DNA from: a virus
Length of the DNA: 51,544 nt
Virus record (IMG/VR): IMGVR_UViG_3300011008_000187
Direction: 5' to 3' (one strand)
In this document: in pieces, positions 9,753 to 17,007 of the stretch
Numbering within the stretch: the first letter of the stretch is position 1
How the letters are laid out: every line of letters begins with the position of its first letter
Notes under the pieces: model-generated
Seen by the model: only the letters and a program-made list of their open reading frames with translations
What the model was told of the DNA's origin: nothing
Databases searched by the model: none
Program-made: the position numbers and the translations under genes

Positions 9753-10139
9753 ATGCAGGGAGAGCAGAAGCCGGAGAGCAGCTATAAGCCGTTTGAGGTC
9801 AAGGAGAAAATCGGCGAAATGATCCGCTACGGCAGGCCGCTGACAAAGCAGTTCAGCCGGAAAGACCGCGACCTTGCGGACGAAATGCGGGCGTCTATGC
9901 TGCGGATGTATCACCTTGCCGTGGAGATCGAAAAGAAATACTACCGCAAGACCACCACGCAGGAGCTTGACGTTGAATTGGAATGGCTGCGGCATCTGGT
10001 GAGGATGGCGTCGGACAAGGACTATTGCGGGCCGAAATTCTCCCCGCCCCTTTCCGTTCATCAATACGAGGTGTGGTCAAGGTACAACGCGGAGATCGGC
10101 AACATGCTGGGCGGATATATCAAATCCCTCCAGCGTTAG
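9753..10139 (+). CDS. avd: DGR accessory variability determinant (Avd)
   Basis: 128 aa, basic and helical. Lies between target and TR, the canonical DGR position and size. Confidence 0.8.
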   Translation: MQGEQKPESSYKPFEVKEKIGEMIRYGRPLTKQFSRKDRDLADEMRASMLRMYHLAVEIEKKYYRKTTTQELDVELEWLRHLVRMASDKDYCGPKFSPPLSVHQYEVWSRYNAEIGNMLGGYIKSLQR

Positions 10140-10173
10140 CCGCTCTCCGCTTCCTTTTGGGAATAGGCCGACC

Positions 10174-10289
10174 ACGGTGCCTCTATCGCGGCGGCAACTG
10201 GAACAACGGGGCCAACAACGGCGTTTTCTACGCGAACTTGAACAACGCCCGTTCCAACTCCAACGCGAACATCGGGGGCCGCTCCGCTT
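10174..10289 (+). repeat. DGR template repeat (TR)
   Basis: Adenine-rich (many AAC codons) copy of VR1 and VR2. Ends in the GC-rich block atcgggggccgctccgctt that is shared by all three repeats. Confidence 0.9.
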
Positions 10290-10472
10290 TTCGTCTACAC
10301 ATTCCGTTCGGCGGAAGTCCTGCGCCTGACAAGTGGGTTATGCCTCAAGGGGCATGATCGGTGTGCAGACTAAAAGGGGCCTATTAACCGTTCCCGCGAG
10401 GGCGGGAAAAAATGTGAATTGCCGTGGAGACGGAAACGCCACACACGGCACAGGCAGGAGATTAAAAACAGC
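10174..10472 (+). ncRNA. Probable DGR RNA (TR plus structured spacer upstream of RT)
   Basis: Three hairpins lie between TR and the RT start: 10302-10316, 10340-10355 and 10391-10408. Extent is inferred from the BPP-1 paradigm. Confidence 0.4.
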
Positions 10473-11663
10473 ATGAGCGAGATCACAACGATTGTCAACG
10501 CATGGGCGGTTGTGTGTTGCTTTGGCTGGCTGATCGAGGCGTTTCGGAACGCACGCAAGGGCAAGAGATACCGGGCCGAGGTCATGGCCTTTACCGCGCA
10601 TCTGGAGGATTACCTGCTTATCATTCAGGCGGGCATGATCGCGGGAGACTATGAGCTGGGGCCATATCGCAAGCTGTGGGTATTCGTGCCGAAGAAGCGC
10701 CTCGTTATGGCGCTGCCGTTCCCGGACAGGATCGTGCAATGGAGCCTGTATCTCTATCTCAACCCGATATTCGACAGGCTGATGATCGAGGACAGCTACG
10801 CTTGCAGGAAAGAAAAAGGGAGCCACAAGGCGGCAAAGCGCCTGCAATACTGGATGCGGCAGGTGGACAGGAAGCCGGGGCCGGGATGGTACGTCCTGAA
10901 ACTGGATATATCCAAATACTTCTACCGCATCCATCATGAAAAGCTGCTGGCAATTCTGGCGCGGCGCGTGAAAGACCCGGACATGATGGCATTTCTCCGC
11001 GCTCTGGTGAACAGCCGCGTGGAGCCTTTCGGCTTACCACGCGGGAAGAAGCCGGAGGACATCACGGCGGACGAATGGCTTTACGACGTGGGTATGCCCA
11101 TCGGCAATCTCACGTCGCAGATGTTCGCCAATATCTACCTGAACGAGCTGGATCAGTTTTGCAAGCACAAGCTCAAAATCCATTATTACATCCGCTATAT
11201 GGACGACGTGATTATCATCGGCCCGGACAAGGAAACGCTGAAAGCGTGGAAAGCGAAGATCGAGGCGTTTCTGTGGGACGAGCTGGCGCTTGACCTGAAC
11301 GACAAGACCAGCATCCGGCCTATGCGTCAGGGCGTGGAGTTCGTCGGCCTGCGGATTTGGCCCACGCACATGAAGCTGCGGAAAAGCACCGTGCGGCGGA
11401 TCAAGAACGAGGTGCGCAAATTCAGTGAACGGTATGCCGCTGGAATTTACAGCCGGGAAGAATTTGACCGGCGGATCGCCAGCGTCAGGGGGATGCTGGA
11501 TCATGTGGAGAGTGCGAGCCTGCGCGGACGGCTGAACGAGATTTACCGGGCGGAGCTAAAAAAAGCAGCGGAAAGAAAACTGCGAGAGGAGGCGGAGCAT
11601 GAGCCATTTGCAGATCATCGAAAATCTGGAAATCGTGACGGAGCTGCAAGCAAAGGCGATTAA
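10473..11663 (+). CDS. DGR reverse transcriptase
   Basis: Motifs PFPDRIVQ, IGNLTSQ and YMDD. The ATG at 10473 has AGGAG 12 nt upstream; the ORF-track start at 10419 is less likely. Confidence 0.9.
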   Translation: MSEITTIVNAWAVVCCFGWLIEAFRNARKGKRYRAEVMAFTAHLEDYLLIIQAGMIAGDYELGPYRKLWVFVPKKRLVMALPFPDRIVQWSLYLYLNPIFDRLMIEDSYACRKEKGSHKAAKRLQYWMRQVDRKPGPGWYVLKLDISKYFYRIHHEKLLAILARRVKDPDMMAFLRALVNSRVEPFGLPRGKKPEDITADEWLYDVGMPIGNLTSQMFANIYLNELDQFCKHKLKIHYYIRYMDDVIIIGPDKETLKAWKAKIEAFLWDELALDLNDKTSIRPMRQGVEFVGLRIWPTHMKLRKSTVRRIKNEVRKFSERYAAGIYSREEFDRRIASVRGMLDHVESASLRGRLNEIYRAELKKAAERKLREEAEHEPFADHRKSGNRDGAASKGD

Positions 11664-11769
11664 GGCCCTTGCCACGCGGCTTGCGGAGCTGGGCGATACA
11701 GAAACCGGGCGGGACGAGATCGCGGCGGCGGATGAAGCCTTTAAGCGGATCGTCGGCACGGACATCTGA
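11599..11769 (+). CDS. Small hypothetical protein (56 aa) overlapping the RT 3' end
   Basis: ATG preceded by GAGAGGAGG. Product is helical and acidic (MSHLQIIENLEIV...). Confidence 0.4.
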   Translation: MSHLQIIENLEIVTELQAKAIKALATRLAELGDTETGRDEIAAADEAFKRIVGTDI

Positions 11770-11797
11770 ACAGCAGATACTTTGTCGGGAGGACAAA

Positions 11798-12241
11798 ATG
11801 AGCATTAAGGATATTGTGTTGAATGGGGGCGGCGTGCTGCTTGTCCTGCTGACCATCATACAGATCGCCCCCATCAAGGTAAATCCGTGGTCGGCCATTG
11901 CCCGGCTGCTGGGGAAAGCCATTAACGCCGACGTGCTGAAAAAGCTGGACGACGTGGAGAGCGAGGCCAAGGAGACGCAAAAGACCCTTGACGAGCATAT
12001 CCGAATGGACGACGAGCGGAACGCGGACAGCCACCGGCAGCGGATTTTGCAATTCAATAACGAATTGTTGAGAAATATCCCACACACGGAGGAGGATTTT
12101 ATCGAGGTGCTGGGGGAAATCGACTTCTACGAGGACTACTGCAAAACGCACCCGGAATACAAAAACAACCGTGCGATCCACGCCATTGCGCACATCGGAA
12201 AGGTGTATGACGAACGGCTGGAAAAGCACGACTTTCTGTGA
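11798..12241 (+). CDS. Membrane-anchored protein of unknown function (lysis-module neighbour)
   Basis: ATG at 11798 after GGGAGGAC. One N-terminal transmembrane helix (VLLVLLTIIQIAPI). Confidence 0.6.
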   Translation: MSIKDIVLNGGGVLLVLLTIIQIAPIKVNPWSAIARLLGKAINADVLKKLDDVESEAKETQKTLDEHIRMDDERNADSHRQRILQFNNELLRNIPHTEEDFIEVLGEIDFYEDYCKTHPEYKNNRAIHAIAHIGKVYDERLEKHDFL

Positions 12242-12252
12242 GGAGGAAAGCT

Positions 12253-12768
12253 ATGAATAACATCACTCCCATTGTCGAGGCGCTGTTTGGCCTGATTGCC
12301 GCCATCATCACGGTGCTTGTCATTCCGTACATCCGCAGCAAGACCACCGCACAGCAGCAGGCGGAGATCAACGCATGGGTGAAGATCGCCGTCAATGCCG
12401 CCGAGCAGATTTATAACGGCGTCGGGCGAGGCGCGGAAAAGAAAGCGTATGTTCTGGCGTTCCTAATGGAACACGGCATGACGCTGGACGAGGCAAAACT
12501 GGACGCCATGATCGAAGCCGCCGTGTATGATTTGAAGAACGGCCTGCTTGTGGTGGAGAGCGGCACCGTGCCCGACGCGGAAATGCCGGAGGAAACGCCC
12601 GTGCTGAATATGCGATATTACGACGGCGACGTTGACGACGATCTGCCATATGTCGGCGTGCTGAAAACCGACGAGGAAACCGGCCTCATTTACGACGAGG
12701 AGGGCGACGTGGTGGACAGGGACACGCTCGCAGGGTTCTGCGAGGGGGATGGAAAGGGGGACGACTGA
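12253..12768 (+). CDS. Holin, LL-H-like
   Basis: N-terminal transmembrane helix (ALFGLIAAIITVLVIPYI) plus a long acidic tail, directly upstream of the endolysin. RBS is AGGAGG. Confidence 0.6.
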   Translation: MNNITPIVEALFGLIAAIITVLVIPYIRSKTTAQQQAEINAWVKIAVNAAEQIYNGVGRGAEKKAYVLAFLMEHGMTLDEAKLDAMIEAAVYDLKNGLLVVESGTVPDAEMPEETPVLNMRYYDGDVDDDLPYVGVLKTDEETGLIYDEEGDVVDRDTLAGFCEGDGKGDD

Positions 12769-12770
12769 CC

Positions 12771-13592
12771 ATGAGCAACAGCAAACTGGCGACCGTCACC
12801 ATTCTTTCCCCCAATCACAGCGGGAAGCGCACGCACGCCATCGACACCATCACCGTGCATTGCATGGCGGGCAACCTGTCCGTGGAGAGCTGCGGCTATA
12901 TGTTCGCCCAGCGGAGCCGCGAGGCCAGCAGCAACTACGGCATCGGCAGCGACGGGCGGATTGCCCTGTATGTGGACGAGGCAAATCGCTCTTGGTGTAC
13001 GTCAAGCCGGGCGAATGACCAGCGGGCCGTCACCATCGAGGTTGCCAACACCGCATCGGGCGAGCCGTGGCCCATTTCCGACGCGGCCTATCAGTCCCTT
13101 ATCAATCTGCTGGTGGACATCTGCCAGCGGAACGGGATCAAGAAACTGCTGTGGAAAGCGGACAAGTCCCTGATCGGGCAGGTGGACAAGCAGAACATGA
13201 CCGCGCACCGCTGGTTCGCGGCAAAGTCCTGCCCCGGAAATATGCTGTACGAGAAGATGGGCCAGATCGCGGCGGAGGTCAACGCCCGTCTGGACGGCAC
13301 CACCGCCCCGGCGGAGCCGGAGAAGCCCGCCACCTCCAGCGCCGCGCCGAAGATGGCACCCGCCGAGAAGCGCGACACCAGCCTTTCCGGGGCCTATAAG
13401 GTCACGGCCAGCGACGGCCTGAACATGAGATACGGCCCCGGCACCAGCTATGCCATCATCCAGACCATCAAGAAAGGAACGGTAGTGCGGAATTATGGCT
13501 ACTACTCCGCCCGCAACGGCGTGAAGTGGCTGTACATTCAGGTGGGCAAGGCCGTGGGCTTTGTTCATTCCGGCTATCTGGCGAAGATATGA
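12771..13592 (+). CDS. Endolysin: N-acetylmuramoyl-L-alanine amidase (amidase_2/PGRP) with C-terminal SH3b domain
   Basis: ITVHCMAG...SSNYGIG...AHRW..KSCPG amidase_2 signature. C-terminal SH3-like YKVTASDGLNMRYGPG. Confidence 0.85.
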   Translation: MSNSKLATVTILSPNHSGKRTHAIDTITVHCMAGNLSVESCGYMFAQRSREASSNYGIGSDGRIALYVDEANRSWCTSSRANDQRAVTIEVANTASGEPWPISDAAYQSLINLLVDICQRNGIKKLLWKADKSLIGQVDKQNMTAHRWFAAKSCPGNMLYEKMGQIAAEVNARLDGTTAPAEPEKPATSSAAPKMAPAEKRDTSLSGAYKVTASDGLNMRYGPGTSYAIIQTIKKGTVVRNYGYYSARNGVKWLYIQVGKAVGFVHSGYLAKI

Positions 13593-13879
13593 AAAAGAAG
13601 CTGGATTTTTCCAAGCGCCTGATCTCCGACATCCGCGTGCTGCTGTGGATCGTGACCGTCGGCGTGCTGGCGCTGTCATTCCTGTGCATCTTCATGGGAC
13701 ACGCGGATGATCTGCCGTGGCTGTCCGTCATGGTGGGCCTGCCGTGGGCGGCGCACGGGACTGTGTGCAGTTTTTACATGGAAATGGCGAAAAGCGACCA
13801 CCGCGAGGGCGGGATCACCTTTGAGAGCGCCAAGGCAAATAATTTTTCTGAGGACGAACCGAGCGGCCCGGCGGGATAA
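13589..13879 (+). CDS. Small two-TM membrane protein (possible lysis accessory)
   Basis: The ATG overlaps the endolysin stop (ATATGA). Two hydrophobic segments. Confidence 0.55.
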   Translation: MKKKLDFSKRLISDIRVLLWIVTVGVLALSFLCIFMGHADDLPWLSVMVGLPWAAHGTVCSFYMEMAKSDHREGGITFESAKANNFSEDEPSGPAG

Positions 13880-13910
13880 CCGGCGGACATATCATAAAGC
13901 ACAAGGGCAA

Positions 13911-13950
13911 GCGCCCCGGCACCGTGAGAGAGCGGAGCCGGGGCGCTTTT
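13911..13950 (+). terminator. Rho-independent terminator of the late/lysis operon
   Basis: gcgccccggc ... gccggggcgc, a perfect 10-bp stem followed by TTTT. Confidence 0.8.
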
Positions 13951-13965
13951 GTCGTTTCTGCCAAA

Positions 13966-13994
13966 TTGACGGAGCGGGAATAATTCTGTATATT
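13966..13994 (+). promoter_or_regulatory. Sigma70-like promoter for the transposase gene
   Basis: TTGACG, 17 nt, TATATT. Confidence 0.5.
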
Positions 13995-14074
13995 ATTCTC
14001 ACATTCGAGCGGCGCGGCGGAACGGGAAACCGACACCGCCGCGCTGGGGTTAAGGCATGAAAGGAGGAATACAC

Positions 14075-15142
14075 TTGTCACGGATGCCATTTAAGCACCT
14101 GACAAAAACGGATCGCCTGCGCATAGAACGCTGGCGCAATCAGGGGATGAAGCCCAAAGATATTGCCGGGAAGCTGCGCGTGCATATCTCCACGATCTAC
14201 CGGGAATTGAAGCGCGGAGAATATGAACGCTTGAACGGGCAGACATGGGAAATGGAGACGGCATACAGCCCGGACATTGCGGAGGCCCGCTATCAAGAAA
14301 ACCTGCGGAACAAGGGGCCGGAGCTGAAAATCGGCGCAGACCATGAGCTTGCCAAGTGGATTGAAGATACCATAATAGACCGCGAGTGCAGCCCGGCGGC
14401 GGCGCTGGGGTATGCGGAGATCGACGGCAAACAGTTTTCCGTCACCCTGTCCGCGCCCACAATTTACAGCTACATTCATAAGGGCGTATTCCTCCGGCTG
14501 ACTATGGCGGATTGTCCGCGCCACGGGACGCAGAAGAACGCATACCAGCACGTCGAGAAGAAAGAACCGGCCCGCGCTCCCGCCGGGGAGAGCATCGACA
14601 ACCGCCCGGAGGAGGTCAAGGATCGCAAGGTATTTGGGCACTGGGAAATGGACACCGTTTACAGCGCAAAGAACAAAGGCCGGGCCGTCCTGCTGACCAT
14701 CACGGAGCGGAAAACGCGGAAAGAAATCATTGTGCTGTTGCCGAACCGTAAGGCGGAGACGATCACGCGGGCCGTCAATGCGCTGGAACGGAAGTATGGA
14801 GCGGTCAACTTCCGCGCCATCTTCAAGAGCATCACCGTGGACAATGGATCGGAGTTTGCGGCGGCGGAGGATTTGGAAAAGTCCTGCATCAACAAGACGC
14901 TGCCCCGCACCAAGGTCTATTATGCGCACCCTTATTCCTCGTGGGAGCGGGGCACCAACGAGAATAACAACGGCATGATCCGGCGGAAGCTGCCAAAGGG
15001 CACCGTGTTTGAGAACGTCAGCGCGGCGGACGTGGCGGCGGTGGCCGACTGGATGAACGGCTACCCGCGCCGGGTGCTGGGTTATGCGTCCTCGGAAATG
15101 GCGTATCAAGCGGAGCTGCGGGCGCTGGGGATCGCGGCATGA
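14075..15142 (+). CDS. IS30-family DDE transposase/integrase
   Basis: N-terminal HTH (IAGKLRVHISTIYRELKRG). Catalytic motifs GHWEMDTV, TVDNGSEF and ERGTNENNNGMIRR. Start is ambiguous: TTG 14075, ATG 14084 or ATG 14057. Confidence 0.85.
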   Translation: MSRMPFKHLTKTDRLRIERWRNQGMKPKDIAGKLRVHISTIYRELKRGEYERLNGQTWEMETAYSPDIAEARYQENLRNKGPELKIGADHELAKWIEDTIIDRECSPAAALGYAEIDGKQFSVTLSAPTIYSYIHKGVFLRLTMADCPRHGTQKNAYQHVEKKEPARAPAGESIDNRPEEVKDRKVFGHWEMDTVYSAKNKGRAVLLTITERKTRKEIIVLLPNRKAETITRAVNALERKYGAVNFRAIFKSITVDNGSEFAAAEDLEKSCINKTLPRTKVYYAHPYSSWERGTNENNNGMIRRKLPKGTVFENVSAADVAAVADWMNGYPRRVLGYASSEMAYQAELRALGIAA

Positions 15143-15305
15143 TAAACAGGATCGAGCGGGAATAGGCAGGAATAAGCGGGAATGAGCATTGCCGCCCGGA
15201 GCGGCGGCGGAAAGCGAGGGGGCCTATCGCCATGAGAAAAAGAATAGATGTATTGCAGGCGGGCGCAAAGCGGGATTTGCGGCGGCCTCGTCGTCGTGTT
15301 CAAAA

Positions 15306-15334
15306 TGCACAAAAATCTTTTGAAAATTTGTGCG
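15306..15334. promoter_or_regulatory. Palindromic operator-like site TGCACAAA-N13-TTTGTGCG
   Basis: Lies immediately upstream of the -35 of the early promoter. The same half-sites recur at 34444-34473. Confidence 0.45.
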
Positions 15335-15344
15335 CATTTAATAC

Positions 15345-15373
15345 TTGATTTTTCCTTGCCGAGATTTTAGAAT
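15345..15373 (+). promoter_or_regulatory. Strong sigma70-like promoter (candidate early promoter)
   Basis: TTGATT, 17 nt, TAGAAT. Confidence 0.6.
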
Positions 15374-15401
15374 AAATGCGAAAGAAGTCGAATAGACCTC
15401 T

Positions 15402-15465
15402 GACGCATGGTATAGTGTGAACCCGATGCGTCGGAAGCTAAACGCTTCCGACGCATTATTTTTTT
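15402..15465 (+). terminator. Leader terminator with possible anti-terminator alternative
   Basis: 13-bp perfect stem (15426-15438 with 15444-15456) plus TATTTTTTT. Upstream ctgacgcat (15400-15408) can pair instead with 15426-15434. Confidence 0.65.
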
Positions 15466-15495
15466 ATCCATTTTGGGAAAAGGAGGACAAACGCC

Positions 15496-15756
15496 ATGAA
15501 AGAGTATAAACACATCATGCTTGCGGAGCGGCAGCAGATCGAGGAAATGTACGGCGCGGGCATGATGCCGGTCGAGATCGCGGCCAAGATTGGCGTACAC
15601 CACGCCACCATTTACAACGAGCTGCGCCGGGGTGACACCGGCAAGATCGACAGCAACGGACGGATCGGGTACAGCGCGGAGCTGGCGCAGAGCAGAGTTT
15701 ACAACCGGCGGCGGCTGGCGCAGGCCGTGAGAAGTCAGGGAGGGATTGGAGAATGA
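15496..15756 (+). CDS. Stand-alone IS30-transposase-like N-terminal HTH protein (86 aa)
   Basis: Same pattern as the N-terminus of the 14075 transposase (KH..L...R..IE......IA.K..VH..TIY.EL.RG) but no catalytic domain. RBS is AAAGGAGG. Confidence 0.65.
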   Translation: MKEYKHIMLAERQQIEEMYGAGMMPVEIAAKIGVHHATIYNELRRGDTGKIDSNGRIGYSAELAQSRVYNRRRLAQAVRSQGGIGE

Positions 15757-16070
15757 AAAAGCGGCTGTTCCTTTTGAAAGCAATCTATTCAGCGGGGGCG
15801 ACGGCGTTCATTCTCCTGTTTTTCTTCTATATCTATCTCGCCGGGATGCTGGCCGAGGGAGAAATCAACGTCTTTGTCGCGGCGGCGGCCATCGGCGGCG
15901 TGTTCGCGGCGGGCAAGGCCATGATCCCATTTATGACTGAGCTGGAGGCCATGATCGGCGGGATGGAGAGAGCCATCAAGAGAGAAAAAGAGCGGGAGCG
16001 GGAGACGGTCTATGAGTTGCGGATCGTCAGAGACTTCCGCCCGGTAGCGAAAAGAGGTTATTCAGAATGA
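15753..16070 (+). CDS. Membrane protein, unknown function
   Basis: Two hydrophobic helices. Start overlaps the previous stop. Confidence 0.55.
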   Translation: MKKRLFLLKAIYSAGATAFILLFFFYIYLAGMLAEGEINVFVAAAAIGGVFAAGKAMIPFMTELEAMIGGMERAIKREKERERETVYELRIVRDFRPVAKRGYSE

Positions 16071-16738
16071 GACAGAAAAAGAGAAACGTAAAACAAAAGG
16101 CCGTGCGCCTGCTTGCGGCGCTGGGGCTTGCCGCCGTCGTGGTGTGTCTGCTGGCGAGCGGGAAAGCGCCCGGAACAGTGGCGGCCACGGACGAGACGGT
16201 GATCCTGCCAACGGAGCGCCCGGCGGAGGCACATACGGCAGTTGTCGAAACTGAACCGGCAGTTGATGAAACAGTTGTCGAAACAGTTGACGAAGCGGAA
16301 CCGCCTGCGCCTACGGCGGAGCCGGAAGCACCTGCGGAGACGGAGCCGCCCGCGCCGGAGCCGGACGAGGCCGAGGTTGAAATGCTGGCCTGCGCCATCT
16401 ATTGCGAAGCTGGCGGCGACGCTTGCAGCGATCAGTGCCGGTACATGGTGGGTGACGTGATGCTGAACCGCGTGGACGATCCACGTTTCCCGGACACGCT
16501 GGAGGAAGTGCTGACGCAAAAGGGACAGTATGGCCGTTTCTATTGGACGGGCATTGTATGGCCGGAGCGGGCGAGTAATCCGGGCGAAGCGGCGGCGGTT
16601 GCGCGGGCCTACGAAACGGCGCGGGCGCTGCTGTCCGGCGAGCATAGCGAGATTTACGGAGCGGGTTATATCTGGCAGGCGGAGTTTTCGCAGGGCACCG
16701 ACGTGATCTATTTGGACGGCACCTATTTTGGCAGGTGA
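16067..16738 (+). CDS. Cell wall hydrolase, SleB/CwlJ-like (Hydrolase_2), membrane-anchored
   Basis: Signal anchor, then a Pro/Glu-rich linker, then AIYCEAGG...VMLNRVDDPRFPDTLEEVLTQKGQY, typical of the SleB catalytic domain. Confidence 0.75.
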   Translation: MRQKKRNVKQKAVRLLAALGLAAVVVCLLASGKAPGTVAATDETVILPTERPAEAHTAVVETEPAVDETVVETVDEAEPPAPTAEPEAPAETEPPAPEPDEAEVEMLACAIYCEAGGDACSDQCRYMVGDVMLNRVDDPRFPDTLEEVLTQKGQYGRFYWTGIVWPERASNPGEAAAVARAYETARALLSGEHSEIYGAGYIWQAEFSQGTDVIYLDGTYFGR

Positions 16739-17007
16739 ACAGTATGGATATGGATTTGCGCAATAATGAGCGGGCAAAAGAAATGGCGCGGGAAAGGCGC
16801 TGGACAGCACCGGGGAAATCCCGCGTAGAGCATCCGAAGTATGGCAGCGTCATTGTGCCGCACTGTTCAAACCTCGCCGCCATTGAGAACGCGGCGGAGT
16901 ATTGGGGATGTGACCTTATGGAGATCATCAGCACAGCGGAGTGCTGGGCGTGCGATCAGTCCTTGCCGGTGGTAAGGCCGAAAGAGTTTTGCAAAGGGAT
17001 TAGGTGA
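16735..17007 (+). CDS. Hypothetical protein
   Basis: ORF fills the gap. Start is uncertain (GTG 16735 or ATG 16744). Confidence 0.45.
   Translation: MNSMDMDLRNNERAKEMARERRWTAPGKSRVEHPKYGSVIVPHCSNLAAIENAAEYWGCDLMEIISTAECWACDQSLPVVRPKEFCKGIR

Larger units (their letters stand above)
13951..15170 (+). mobile_element. IS30-family element or IS30-derived recombination module (ends not resolved)
   Basis: Contains one IS30-type DDE transposase gene. I found no terminal inverted repeats, only an 11-bp direct repeat GAGCGGGAATA at 13972 and 15154. Confidence 0.35.

Noticed and set aside
10473-11663. The RT as a retron or group II intron reverse transcriptase.
   Set aside because: The adjacent TR/VR pair with adenine-only mismatches, the Avd gene and the IGNLTSQ motif identify it as a DGR RT. 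There is no intron RNA domain or msr/msd-like repeat.
13972-15164. The 11-bp direct repeat GAGCGGGAATA flanking the transposase gene as a target-site duplication.
   Set aside because: IS30-family duplications are 2-3 bp. The upstream copy lies inside the predicted promoter spacer, and no inverted repeats adjoin either copy. It is kept only as an observation.
15376-15420. A 14-codon leader peptide (MRKKSNRPLTHGIV) spanning the anti-terminator segment.
   Set aside because: Its ATG lies only 2 nt after the -10 hexamer (15368-15373), upstream of the expected transcription start, and it has no RBS.
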